This document shows, piece by piece, positions 1 through 10,983 of a DNA stretch of 64,000 nt (positions within the stretch are counted from its first letter, which is position 1; each line of letters starts with the position of its first letter). The translations under genes and the position numbers were made by a program. This DNA comes from Strigamia acuminata. Taxonomy: Eukaryota. The notes beneath the pieces were generated by a model. It was given only the letters and a program-made list of their open reading frames with translations, ran no database searches and was not told the origin of the DNA. Where the stretch lies: the NCBI GenBank assembly GCA_949358305.1, contig OX442314.1, positions 26,846,001 through 26,910,000 of the forward strand, given 5' to 3'.

Positions 1-547
1 GATCGAATAAAACAAGAGTGAAATCGGATTTTGCTCTCATTAATGTCATTAAAATTGAATGGATTTTTATGCCACCTGGTAGATTAACTTAAAACAGCTA
101 AACTGCAGGGAAGTTTCTTTTGTCCACCACTGTACATGCTTTGTCAACACATACAAGTAGTATGTACATTTTTCTCTGATGATGAGCATCTTGCCTGCGG
201 ATTGCTTCACTTTAGTGACGCCGTTTTTAAGGTGCTTAAAAACTTCAGTTAGTTTAGGTTAGTTTAGGTGTGGTTAGTTTAGGTTAGGTCATGAAGCTGC
301 ATTTGCGATTAATCAGAGATGTAGCATGTGCGTGGACGCTGGCCCACGAGCCTACAGTAGGGGGCCTATGAGGGATGAAGGGGGTCCGTAGAGATTGAGT
401 GGTGACCATATTTTTTTCAGCTTTTTAGGCTTTTAGAGTATCAAAATCTTAGCTATGGCTCTGCTAAGGGCCCGTCATCCAACTTGCACACAGGTCACAG
501 ACCCATTGGTGTATTACTACGCCGCTGATCACGAGTACTGTATTTAC

Positions 548-775
548 GCTGTAACAGCAGTGTGTACCTACTTCTATCTATGCTGTAACAACAGTGTGCA
601 CCTATCTATGCTGTAACAACAGTGTGCACCTATCTATGCTGTAACAACAGTGTGCACCTATCTATGCTGTAACAACAGTGTGCACCTATCTATGCTGTAA
701 CAACAGTGTGCACCTATCTATGCTGTAACAACAGTGTGCACCTATCTATGCTGTAACAACAGTGAACACGTATCC
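548..775. repeat. 28-bp minisatellite (TATCTATGCTGTAACAACAGTGTGCACC), about 8 copies, in intron 1 of ENaC gene A
   Basis: Tandem copies visible directly; the paralogous intron of gene B has a single unit at about 22382-22412. Confidence 0.95.
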
Positions 776-926
776 ATGATATGTAATTGCATCCCTAAGT
801 ACCCAATTCACTTTAAGCGACGATTTGACAGAACCAAATAATCGCATAAAATGAGGGATACCTTTATTTGCATTTTGAAATAACAGATTTTCTTACTAAA
901 TTGATAAACAAATAAAACATGCTTAC

Positions 927-1415
927 TTGATGTGCTTCTACAAGCTCCAAGTTGTTTAGCATACTTGAATCTAGCCACAACTGAGTGTAATTAAAAGTCT
1001 TGGTAGCACTCTTTATAATCCCTTTCACTGCATTCCCACAATCTAAAAGATCCTCTATGCCACTTTTTATTGGTCGCCAATATGGAGCCAAAGTTGCTGT
1101 ATCTAATCCTGCCAACATTAAGCCAGCTATTTTTAGTTCTTTCGTGTCTTTATATTCAATCTCAACTTTAATTGGGTTAGTCAAGTAGTGTTGCACTCTT
1201 CGGTATGTCTGATAACAACAAATGGTCAAGCAAAGCGTTACTGCAACCAACCATGAAATGCGAACTGCAACGGATTTCTGTTTGTCCAATAATTTATTCA
1301 ATATCGGCAGGGATGTCTTCTCGATTGAACTTGCAATTTCTTTTCTGCAGAGAAGCCGAATGCGATTTTTTTTCATATTGATAATTCTTAAATTTTCGTT
1401 ACGTCTCATAATCAT
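927..1415 (-). CDS. DEG/ENaC-like gene A, exon 1 (cytoplasmic N-terminus, TM1, start of extracellular domain); the rest of the gene lies left of the window
   Basis: TM1 (ISWLVAVTLCLTICCYQTY) followed by the ENaC-like post-TM1 segment YLTNPIKVEI; donor CAA|GTAAGC after 927; close paralog of exons 22929-23411 and 46738-47196. Confidence 0.8.
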
Positions 1416-3286
1416 GGTGCTTTTGTAAGTATTGAATTTTTTTTCAGTTTTTTAAATTGTTTTCTGGTAGAAACGCGTTAATTCCACACTGATCTGAAAG
1501 TCTAGTTAGGGAATTTCCTATTAATTAAAACTTGCGTTGATTTTTTTACATCTTTGTAATTAATTTTTTTTTGAAATCTTAATATTTCTAAAAGTTACTG
1601 GCCTTACCCTAAAGCCGCCGCTGACAACGTGCTTCAAATTGTTCGATGAAGTTATTTGTTGTGATAAATCCAGAGCACTTGTCAGTCCAGTTCTATAGCT
1701 TGAAAATAAACACGCATTGGGTAAATTGTGTGTATGCGTATAGGATGTCAGCCGAAGTGTCCCAAGCGGAGAGAATTAATAGATGTTGCTATGGGCTTGT
1801 TGTTGAATGTTTGGTAAGGCGTAATGTTGCATAAAAATGATATTAAAATGTCGTTAATTAAATATTCGAGACAAGCTATTTAATGGCTTTCTTGTTTACA
1901 ACTTTACAGTTTTATGACTGAAAAATTATCAACATTAAAATTAAAAAGGAAGTTTCTTAATGACATGAATTTCCTTTGGCACAAAATAGCTATCAGTAAG
2001 TAAAAACTCGATGAGAATAAAGAGTGAGTTTGAAACTTTACTACAACCTTGACTGTGTTTAAACTTATCACCAACTGCTTTTTTCGCAGTGTGAATTTAT
2101 TAACACAGAGTAACAACAGCAAAACTGTAACCGATTAACAATAAACGTAAACTTAAAACTATCAAAAATATATTTTACAGTTCACTTATTGCATTCCACA
2201 ATGTATGGCATTCCGCAGAATTAAGTATATTATTTATTTGTACCGGACATACAATAATGCATTGTATAATACAATTGAAAAAATTCATTAGAAAATTTTT
2301 TTTTTCGATTTAAAATGCATTTTGCACTTTAATCGCAGGTATTGGATCACTATAAAACATGCCAAAATGCAGGTATACTTACTTCAAATAATTTTATAAA
2401 AAGATGTAGCCAGTACTGAAGCGTTTTTGACAAGGGAGTTAACCATTTTTTCGCCAGGTGGCAATAGTATCAAAGTACTTTCCAGCTGGAGTGCGTGGTT
2501 CGCAGCGAGATCAACAGGCCGAAATGGTAAATTGTATAACGAATTTACTAAACTGTAGGCCTACTAAAAAATAATTGAAATAATTTAATATTTAGTCACA
2601 TAGATGTCTGAGAAGTATCAATTCTCATACGACATTCAACCAAACGGTTGAAACGATGTGTTAAAATGCGCCGAGGTAAAACCGATTAGTATCAATAAAT
2701 GATTTTTTTTTACATTTTATTTTCTTTATTTCTTTATCTTGTATTAAGATCATACGTGACAACTAAGATGAATCTTTGAACGACAGCAGAATAACAACGA
2801 TGAAGGGGACTGATGTTACATGATTAACAGATTTTGAGTTTTAAAGGTACAATTTAATAATTCCGCGATGTGATTTACGTTAGTATTATTTAATTTCAAA
2901 TTAATGTGAGTATGCAAATTCTTTGTGTTAAAAAAACAAGCGATTTGCGACCGTGGATGTATTTATTGGCATCTCAATTCAATTTAAAAAAAACCTAAAT
3001 TATTTATTATCCACCATATCTATTTGTCCAGCCCCCATTATTGTTAATTGATCACATTAAATTTTTTTAAACTGTTTTTAACGTTTTGTACATGTTTATC
3101 TGTCGTTTTTGTCATGTTTGTGACGTTTTTATCCCGTTTGTGACGTTTTCACGGTATTATGACGTATACCAGATGTTTTGACAATGTCTTTCTTAGCTTA
3201 ATCAGGGCCGGCACCAATTCCGTAAATCGCCGATGACTGCCTAGCTCTAAAACGGGCCCAGCATCTTAATGAACCCGGGCGTTTAA

Positions 3287-3330
3287 AAGACTTGCACATG
3301 TTGGCGAATGTGTTATTGGTAATTGGTAAC
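3287..3330 (-). pseudogene. Orphan fragment of the last ENaC exon (LPITNNTFANMCKS)
   Basis: Acceptor TATAG|GTTACC and peptide match to exon 11 of genes B (LPFTNNTFTNTCKS) and C; the adjacent 2440-2970 region resembles the 3' flanks of B and C. Confidence 0.6.
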
Positions 3331-3811
3331 CTATACTTGTAGTTTATAATTCAAATGTGTTTTCATGTACTGAATGTGATATATGTGATACACTAGTATA
3401 TTTCACTGGGTTACCAGCTACTAACATTTATGCATTGGCTTTAAGTGTTTATAACTGTTCCACCACATACAAATTTCCGCTGCATTCTGCTACAACCATG
3501 AAGTACACAAGAATAGTGCAGCCTCTGGCCAAAAAATCTTCATATTTGGCTCACAGTGCGAAGTTCATGCATTCGCCACTAGTTGTCAGATTATTCTGTT
3601 TAACTGAGGGGTTGTGCCAAGTTTAAAATATCTTTAGAACAGACTCAAAAGTGAGGAGGTTGACAATCCAAGAAATCTTTGGTAGCTCACTGAATTTTTT
3701 CTTTCTATTTTCAAGTTTAAGAAACTTTTGTGTTGTTTTTACAAAATTTGCATGAAAGCTAAATTTAAAAGACATTCTGCAGTTAAATTGCAAGCATGTT
3801 GTTTAGAAAAG

Positions 3812-4093
3812 GCAGTGGCTACGTTCACCTCCGACGTGAACATATTATTTTTGTGACGCGCTGTGATTGGCTGAGAGCCATTGATGTCGATTCGTTTCCT
3901 CGACGTAAGTTTTTTCAAATTCGATGTTCTCGAGGTTTTAGTTTCTTTTTTTCTTACAAGACCTAACCTTATCGGTTTTTAGCAAAGTTGACGAAATGAG
4001 GATTTTCAGCAATGTATTTCAATGCATCTCTCAACCAATCACAGCGCGTCATAAAAATAATACGTTCACGTCGGACGTCAGCGTAGCCACTTC
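3812..4093. mobile_element. MITE-like element with ~60-bp imperfect terminal inverted repeats
   Basis: GTGGCTACG..CCGACGTGAAC..GACGCGCTGTGATTGG at left, reverse complement at right; GTTTAGA on both flanks. Confidence 0.7.
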
Positions 4094-5230
4094 GTTTAGA
4101 GAAACGATACTTATTACGGAGTACTTAGCATCCAAATAATTTAATTCTTACATGTTGAAGAAGGTTTAAAAGGAATGAAATTAACGATTTGGTGAAGGAC
4201 TTATTTTGGGTACGAAATGGGATGTAACTCTTGTTTCGAAGTCGTAGACACCCTGAAAACATTTTTTAATTGCAAAAGAAAGTTTTGCTTTGATTAAATG
4301 GTTTATTGAAATATCATTTTTTTCTTTTGTTGTGTACTTTCCAAAAGAACCATAATTGAGAAAAGGACATTGGCTTTTATGCACATTTTACAGTTGTAGT
4401 CATGGCGAGAAAATATAGAACTATAACTTAGAAGCAGTTGACTATTGAAAGCTGTAGCGTTTTTGTTTAACAACTCAACTATTTTTTAATCAGGTGGCAA
4501 TAGCAGCAATGTACTAGCCAAAATGGTAAATTGTATAACGGTAAAAAGAAAGTGTATTTAAAAAAGTGTAAATGATAAAATACTGCAATATTTAGCCACA
4601 TACAGTAGGTGTCTGATGTAATTTCAAGCCTCGCACCACATTAAACTAATGGGTTCAAATGAAAATGATAATACTAAAATGCGCCAGGTTAAAACCGATT
4701 AGTATCAATAAATTACTTGTATAACATCAACAAATAAATGATGTTATTTATGGCTTGTCCAATATATGTACCTTAAATCAGTACTTTTAAAGAAAATTCC
4801 GCCAGGGGGCGCCCCCTACTATGGGCTACCGGTCCCTGGCATAACCAGTCCAATTTTTACTGACCACAGGTCAACACACGTTTTTGCATCGATCCGAGAA
4901 AAAGTTTGTTTCTACTCCCTTTTTTCTTCGTAATCGCTGTTTATTTTCGGTAAGATTGTATTTATTGTTTTTGTTTTAACGATTTTTGCATTTCTATTAA
5001 CTTTTCGCGCTCCGATGCTCATAAAATCGCGATATATCGTGTTCGGAGACGCGTGGCCCGTGTAGGCCTAACCGTTATAAAATTTTTTATTTTTTTCAAT
5101 CATTCGTTCTTCCGACGTTTCTCGTTCGGCGGACGTACGGCCGACGTTTTTTTCGTCATTTTTACCGAAATTTCCTTCGTTTTTCATCTGATTTTTTAAA
5201 CAAAAAGTTTTTTATTCAGTTTTTTTCGAG

Positions 5231-8200
5231 ATGGCACAAGCTGCGATTAATCTGAGATCCAGAAGGGCTACTAGTAAGTCTAATCGGAAGAATGCACGTG
5301 GTAAGACGGTGCCGCCACCTGTTTCCAGCCCGGACTTGTCGTTTCAAGACGAGGAAGACGAATCTGACGGCGATTTGATCATTTCGGATCAAGTCGGTGA
5401 CGTAGACGTTACATCTCGCGACAATTTTACATTGTCTAAGCAAATGTTAGACGATATTGTTAGAAACGCCGTCGACGACGCGCTTTCTAAGGACCAGACC
5501 CGAAATTCGGTTCCCACTTGGGAGGATTTAGCCGGGTCTTCGGTCAACCTTTTACCCAAAAATAATCCTGGGTAAGTAAATGCATCTAATAATAGATTGC
5601 GGGATTTATTTTTCTTTTTAATCTGAAAAAATTTTATTTTTTCCCCAGCCACTCTGATAGTGGTCTGGACAAAGATTTTCAGGCCTGCCGTAGCAGCAGT
5701 GTCCGCCATTTTGCTCCTGATCCGACGGATGGAGATTTTTTCGACCGAGATTCGCGATCACGTCACTCAGACGATTCTCTACGCGATTTTTTCGATTCGC
5801 CGCCGCACACAGATTTCGACGACAATTGTGATGGCGATTACGATGGAGGTTTTGAGGTTCCGACCTGGGGAGACGAGGTTGAAAAACCTTTTCTGTCGGA
5901 TGGTGCTGCTGCTATGATTGAAAAGCAGCTCACCGCTAAATTCTCAGTTAGCTTGCGCTCTTCCCTGATCAGACAATTCCCAATTCCTTCGCGCCAGGTC
6001 CCTTTCTTGCGGCCTGCTAAACTCGATGCAGATATCGAGAGTTATGTTAAGATTAGGTCCACCACCTTCTGTGCTCCACGCGAGAAGCTGTTCAAGGAAT
6101 TGACCGTTACAGCAATGAAAACTGCAGCGGTTGCAGCTTCTGTCTTCGACCGAGAATTTAATAACCGCCCGCTGAATCGTACGGAATCCTTAACTGCGAT
6201 GCAGGCTATATTTTTTCAGATTCAGTCGGTCGTTAATAAACTTAACGACGAAAGAAGGCGTAATGTGGTTCTCGGTTTGGCTGGACGGAATGGTATTAAC
6301 ATTGCCTCTTCATTCAAGGAAAGTCGTCATGAATATCTTTTTGAAAACCGGTTTAGCGAAATTTTCAGTAAGAAACTACCTTTCTTCCCAGATAAAATTT
6401 TTAATTAATTAATTTATTTAAATTTTTCTAAATTTCCAGAAAAACAATCTGAGGAAATTAGCGCCTTAGACAAAATGCGGCCACGCCAAAGATTTGATCG
6501 AGCTGGCGGTCGTCATCTCCAGCACAACAGTGGAAATCGAACCCAGCCGTACCAAAGACCTGTTAATTACTTCGACAATAGTCAACGCGATTATCATAGG
6601 AACAGTTTCCCGAGTTCCTCTCACAACAACAGGGGATTCAAAAAACCGGCACCTCGCGGTCGAGGAGGTTCTCGAGGCCGAGGAGCAGACAAACCTGGTG
6701 AGTTGGCCTCTACACCTCCAGATTTGTCCCTTTTTTCTTCTCCCTCGGTTCCCTTGAATACTTCAAAAACCCTCCAATTGACGGAAATGGTGTTTAAACT
6801 TTCCGACCCCCCTTCTGGTCGTTTAGCTTTATGCTTTCAAAATTGGCAGTCCATCTCTTCGGACGATTGGATTCTTGAGACTGTCAGGGGTTATTGCTTG
6901 GAATTTGAATCGGATCCGATTCAAGTCCCATTTTCTGATCCGCTTTTGTCCCAAGAGGCTTCTCATCTCATCAATGAAGAAGTAGTCAAGATGGTAGAGA
7001 AAGGAGCGGCTTACCCGGTAGAACCAGTACCCGGACAGATTGTTAGTTTCTTGTTTTTGGTTCCAAAGAAAGGTGGCGGTTTTAGACCGATCCTTAATCT
7101 CAAACCCTTGAATGCCCATATTAAATACCAACATTTTAAAATGGAAGGAATTCACACCGCCCTCGCCTTAGTCGGTCCCGGTTTCTGGATGATTAAAATA
7201 GACTTATCTGATGCCTATTTTTCTGTTTCAATCGATAAAAGGTTCCGTAAATACCTTCGGTTTTTATGGCAAGGAGTTCTATATGAACTGGGAGTTTTAC
7301 CTTTCGGACTGGGTCCCGCCCCTTATGTCTTTACCAAACTTTGTAGGGTTATTGCTGGTCTATTGAGGTATTTGCACTTTTTATTGGCGGTCTTCATTGA
7401 CGATTGGTTCTTCTGTTCTAAAGATAGGGAGCTCCTCATCTCACAACGTGATTTCTTTCTTGGTCTCATTCGAAATCTGGGGTTTAATACTAATTTCAAA
7501 AAATCTATTTTAGAACCTCAACAGAAACTTTCTTTTCTGGGTTTTGATATCGACACAATCAACATGACCGTGACACTTCCCACCGAACGAATTAAAAACA
7601 TTCAGGTCTCCATTAAACATTTATTGGATAGTACCCGAATATCGGTTAGAGATCTAGCTTCAGTGATTGGCAAATTAAATGCCACCACTCTTGCGATTTC
7701 CTCCGCTCCCCTCCATTACAGGGGGTTGCAGCAACTAAAAACCTTCTTTTTGCGTCGAGGATCTTACGAATCTAAATGTTTCATCACCGCAGAATCTCGC
7801 GCTGAGCTCAGTTGGTGGTTGCGTAACTTAACTTTATGCAATGGTCGGTCTTTGGTTCCTAAATCGTTAGTTATGATTTTAGAGACAGATGCATCTCTCG
7901 GAGGTTGGGGTGCAGTTGCAAACGGAATTAGCATTGGTGGTCCATGGAATGGAATTTATAAGAAGAAACACATCAATGTTTTAGAGTTAATTGCTGCTTT
8001 CTGGGGTCTTAAAGCTTTTGCTCGTGATATAAATGGGTCCATAGTTAAAATTAAAATGGATAATACATCCGCCATTGCCGCTATCAACAACCTGGGTAGC
8101 CCGCGTTCTCCCGAACTTACAGCAGTTGCACAGGATCTTTGGTCCTGGGCGATGGAAAGGGACATCACAGTTATTGCCGAGCATATTCCGGGCACGGAAA

Positions 8201-8841
8201 ACTGCCTGGCTGATGCAGCTTCCCGCGGAAATATTTTTGATTCCGGGGACTGGAAGTTAGATTCGGATATTTTTTCGGCTATTAGTTGCAAATGGGGCCC
8301 ATTTAGTTTTGATCTTTTTGCTTCCCTTAATAACTTTCAACTGAAACCTTACTTTAGTTGGAGGCCGGATCCGTCTGCTTTGGCATTCAATGCCCTCACT
8401 CAAGATTGGGGCAAGGAAGTTCCATATGCTTTCCCCCCTTTCTCTTTAATCTCTGCTTGTTTACAAAAATTAAAGGATTCTTCTCCTTCTCGACAGGAAC
8501 TCGTTCTAATCGCCCCAGTTTGGCCAGCCCAACCCTGGTTTCCGATGCTGTGGAAGTTTTCAGCAGCGCCTCCTCTCCTTCTTCCTTCATTTCCACATCT
8601 CATCCTCAACCCGCTGGAAGAATCACATCCACTGGTGCTGAATGGTTCACTCCGTCTAGCCGCTTGGAGGCTATCTTCGCTCAGTTCCAAGAGGGAGAAT
8701 TATCAGAAGGAGCTGTTAAGTTGCTGGGGGACTCCTGGAAAAGCTCTTCTTGCAAGACCTATGAGCGAGCTTGGCAACGATGGCTTTCTTGGGCTCAGGG
8801 AAAGGATTTGGACCCTTTTCGCCCCACTCCGGTTACCCTAG
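5231..8841 (+). CDS. DIRS-a Gag-Pol; predicted splice join(5231..5571,5649..6367,6440..8841), 1153 aa: Gag, RT, RNase H, Dam-like methyltransferase-like domain
   Basis: RT motifs FLVPKKGGGFRPILNLK, IDLSDAYF, LPFGL, VFIDD; RNase H ETDASLGGWG, HINVLEL, MDN, NCLADAASR; DLFAS...YAFPPF motifs typical of the DIRS MT domain. Two GT-AG introns restore a single frame. The domains are certain; the splicing is inferred. Confidence 0.85.
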
Positions 8842-9632
8842 CAAATTTTTTAGTTTCTCTTTTCGACTCCGGTCTAGCTTATTCTTCAATTAGCGTGCAT
8901 CGGTCCGCAATTTCTCAAACGCTTTGCATCAGCGGTTCAGAGCCTCTGGGCTCTCATCCTTTAGTTTGTAGGATTATGAAAGCTATTCTTCTGTCTAAAC
9001 CACCTCAGCCAAGATATTCTTATATTTGGCATGTTGGCCCAGTTTTGTTGTATCTCAAAAGCATCGTATTAACACTAAATTCTTCAAAATCACTAGTTAA
9101 TCTGAAGACGGTTGGTATTTTGGCTCTTTGCCTGGCCGGTAGGGCTTCAGATATTTGTCTGCTATCTTCAGACATCGTTTTTCTAGAATCCTCTTGTTCT
9201 ATCCCGATACTCTCCTCTCGGAAATCTGGATCAACCCTCCCATTCAAAATAAACTCCTTTTCGGAACCATCTCTCTGCCCAGTTGCAGCGCTTCGTTTTT
9301 ATTTAGACTTTTCTAAAGGTTTTAGAGGCTCTAACAAACCCCTCTTCCTAGCTGCTTCTCGTCCTTTTGGACCTGTCTCCCCTGATACCATCGCTAGATG
9401 GATCAAAACCGTGTTAGATAACTCCGGCATTGACACCTCTGTTTTTAAAGCGCACTCAACTCGGGCTGCAGCTACTTCTTTTGCCTACTCGAGAGGTGTC
9501 GGCCTCTCTCACATAATGAAATCAGCCGATTGGTCAACGGCACAAATTTTCTTTAAGCATTATAACAAACCCATTAATGTAATCTCTGAAGAATTCGCCA
9601 ATACTGTGTTAAGTGGCTACGAATTGCCATAA
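8358..9632 (+). CDS. DIRS-a tyrosine recombinase, overlapping the pol 3' end; true start uncertain
   Basis: Catalytic-type motifs GRASD (R), LCPV, HSTR (HxxR), ADW, and HY (Y). Confidence 0.9.
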   Translation: MEAGSVCFGIQCPHSRLGQGSSICFPPFLFNLCLFTKIKGFFSFSTGTRSNRPSLASPTLVSDAVEVFSSASSPSSFISTSHPQPAGRITSTGAEWFTPSSRLEAIFAQFQEGELSEGAVKLLGDSWKSSSCKTYERAWQRWLSWAQGKDLDPFRPTPVTLANFLVSLFDSGLAYSSISVHRSAISQTLCISGSEPLGSHPLVCRIMKAILLSKPPQPRYSYIWHVGPVLLYLKSIVLTLNSSKSLVNLKTVGILALCLAGRASDICLLSSDIVFLESSCSIPILSSRKSGSTLPFKINSFSEPSLCPVAALRFYLDFSKGFRGSNKPLFLAASRPFGPVSPDTIARWIKTVLDNSGIDTSVFKAHSTRAAATSFAYSRGVGLSHIMKSADWSTAQIFFKHYNKPINVISEEFANTVLSGYELP

Positions 9633-9727
9633 ATAACATCATTTATTTGTTGATGTTATACAAGTCTAAATTTTGCGAATTTATGAGGCAAAATATTACT
9701 TGTATGAATAACAAATAAATGATGTTA
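9626..9727. other. DIRS-a internal complementary region (ICR)
   Basis: First half is the reverse complement of the left terminus, second half the reverse complement of the right terminus, joined at AGT. Confidence 0.95.
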
Positions 9728-10983
9728 CTCTCCCACCCGTTATGCAGACCTCACCCTGTAACATTTGTATTTGTTATTTGGTCTAAATAAATGATTTATG
9801 TTTTTATTTTCAATAAACAGCAATTTTTATTTTCTCTTCAGTCACGAATTAGGAGAAGATTGAAGATATAAACAATGAAGAAATCGGCTCATTCGATTTA
9901 CATTTTTTCTCTTTAAGCTGTATCTTTTGACATTAAAGGAGAAAGAAATAATTTTCAATAATAATCTTGTATGTTTAACTTTCTTAACTAGTCTGATTAT
10001 TTATAAAAAATTGGACTGGTTATGCCAGGGACCGGTAGCCCATAGTAGGGGGCGCCCCCTGGCGGAATTTTCTTTAAAAGTACTGATTTAAGGTACATAT
10101 ATTGGACAAGCCATAAATAACATCATTTATTTGTTATTCATACAAGTAATATTTTGCCTCATAAATTCGCAAAATTTAGACTTTCTTCTCTTTAATTTTC
10201 TTTTATTTATTCACTTATTTATTTATTACTTGTTAGGTTGTTACATGACTACTAAAATGAACCGATATACAACAACGATGAAAGAGACGGACGATACATA
10301 GTAAACAGATATTGACTTTTAAAGGTACGATTTTACAATTATGCGATGTGATTTCAGTCTTGCAACAAAGTATCGTTTAATTACAAGTTCAAATTCTTTG
10401 GAGTACGTTAAAACAAGCGATTTTCAATCGTGGTATTATCGGTATTTTAACAAACCATTTATTGGTATCATTATCTGTTAAAGTGCATTTATTTTTATTT
10501 TTATATTGTTATATGTATAGACTTCTACTAAAGTAAACCAACTAATACGATAACCTGAATATGCTGATGCAGAGTATAACTAATTTCAAGAATTGAAGTG
10601 GGTATTTTTATTCAGTTAAAGATACGAAAAGAAGTTTGTGTATTAGACAATTGATACACTGCAAAATGTAGAGAAATACACTAGGAACCAGCGTTTGGTG
10701 GGTCACAAAAGCAATTTTTTTTAACTTGTAGAGGAGGTTGAACAACATGTCACAGTTGTACAAATAAATAAGTAAGTAAGTAGTAAAGGAAATCAAAAGG
10801 AGAAACAAAACATTTTTTGATGATGGGTTGACATTTTCTAGCTAGTCAATATTAAGTATTGCTATAAAAATTCATTGCGCTGGGGATAACGTAGGTTGCT
10901 AAAATGTTCGAGTGTCTTTGCATTAATCTGCAGAATTAGATTTAGAACTCCAAATATACCACAATTGATATAATACCTGGTAC

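Larger units (their letters stand above)
4715..10182 (+). mobile_element. Full-length DIRS1-type tyrosine-recombinase retrotransposon (DIRS-a)
   Basis: 130-bp ITRs at 4729-4858 and 10006-10135; internal complementary region 9626-9727 complementary to both outer ends; both ends share ACT; gag, RT/RNaseH/methyltransferase-like and YR ORFs; paralogous empty-site-like sequence at about 2665-2710. Confidence 0.95.

Noticed and set aside
548..775. Regular 28-bp repeats resembling a CRISPR array
   Set aside because: No unique spacers, no cas genes, eukaryotic intron context; it is a simple tandem repeat.
8290..8560. Dam-like methyltransferase plus tyrosine recombinase as a phage or prokaryotic defence module
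   Set aside because: Both are standard parts of DIRS1-type retrotransposons, confirmed here by the ITR/ICR structure.
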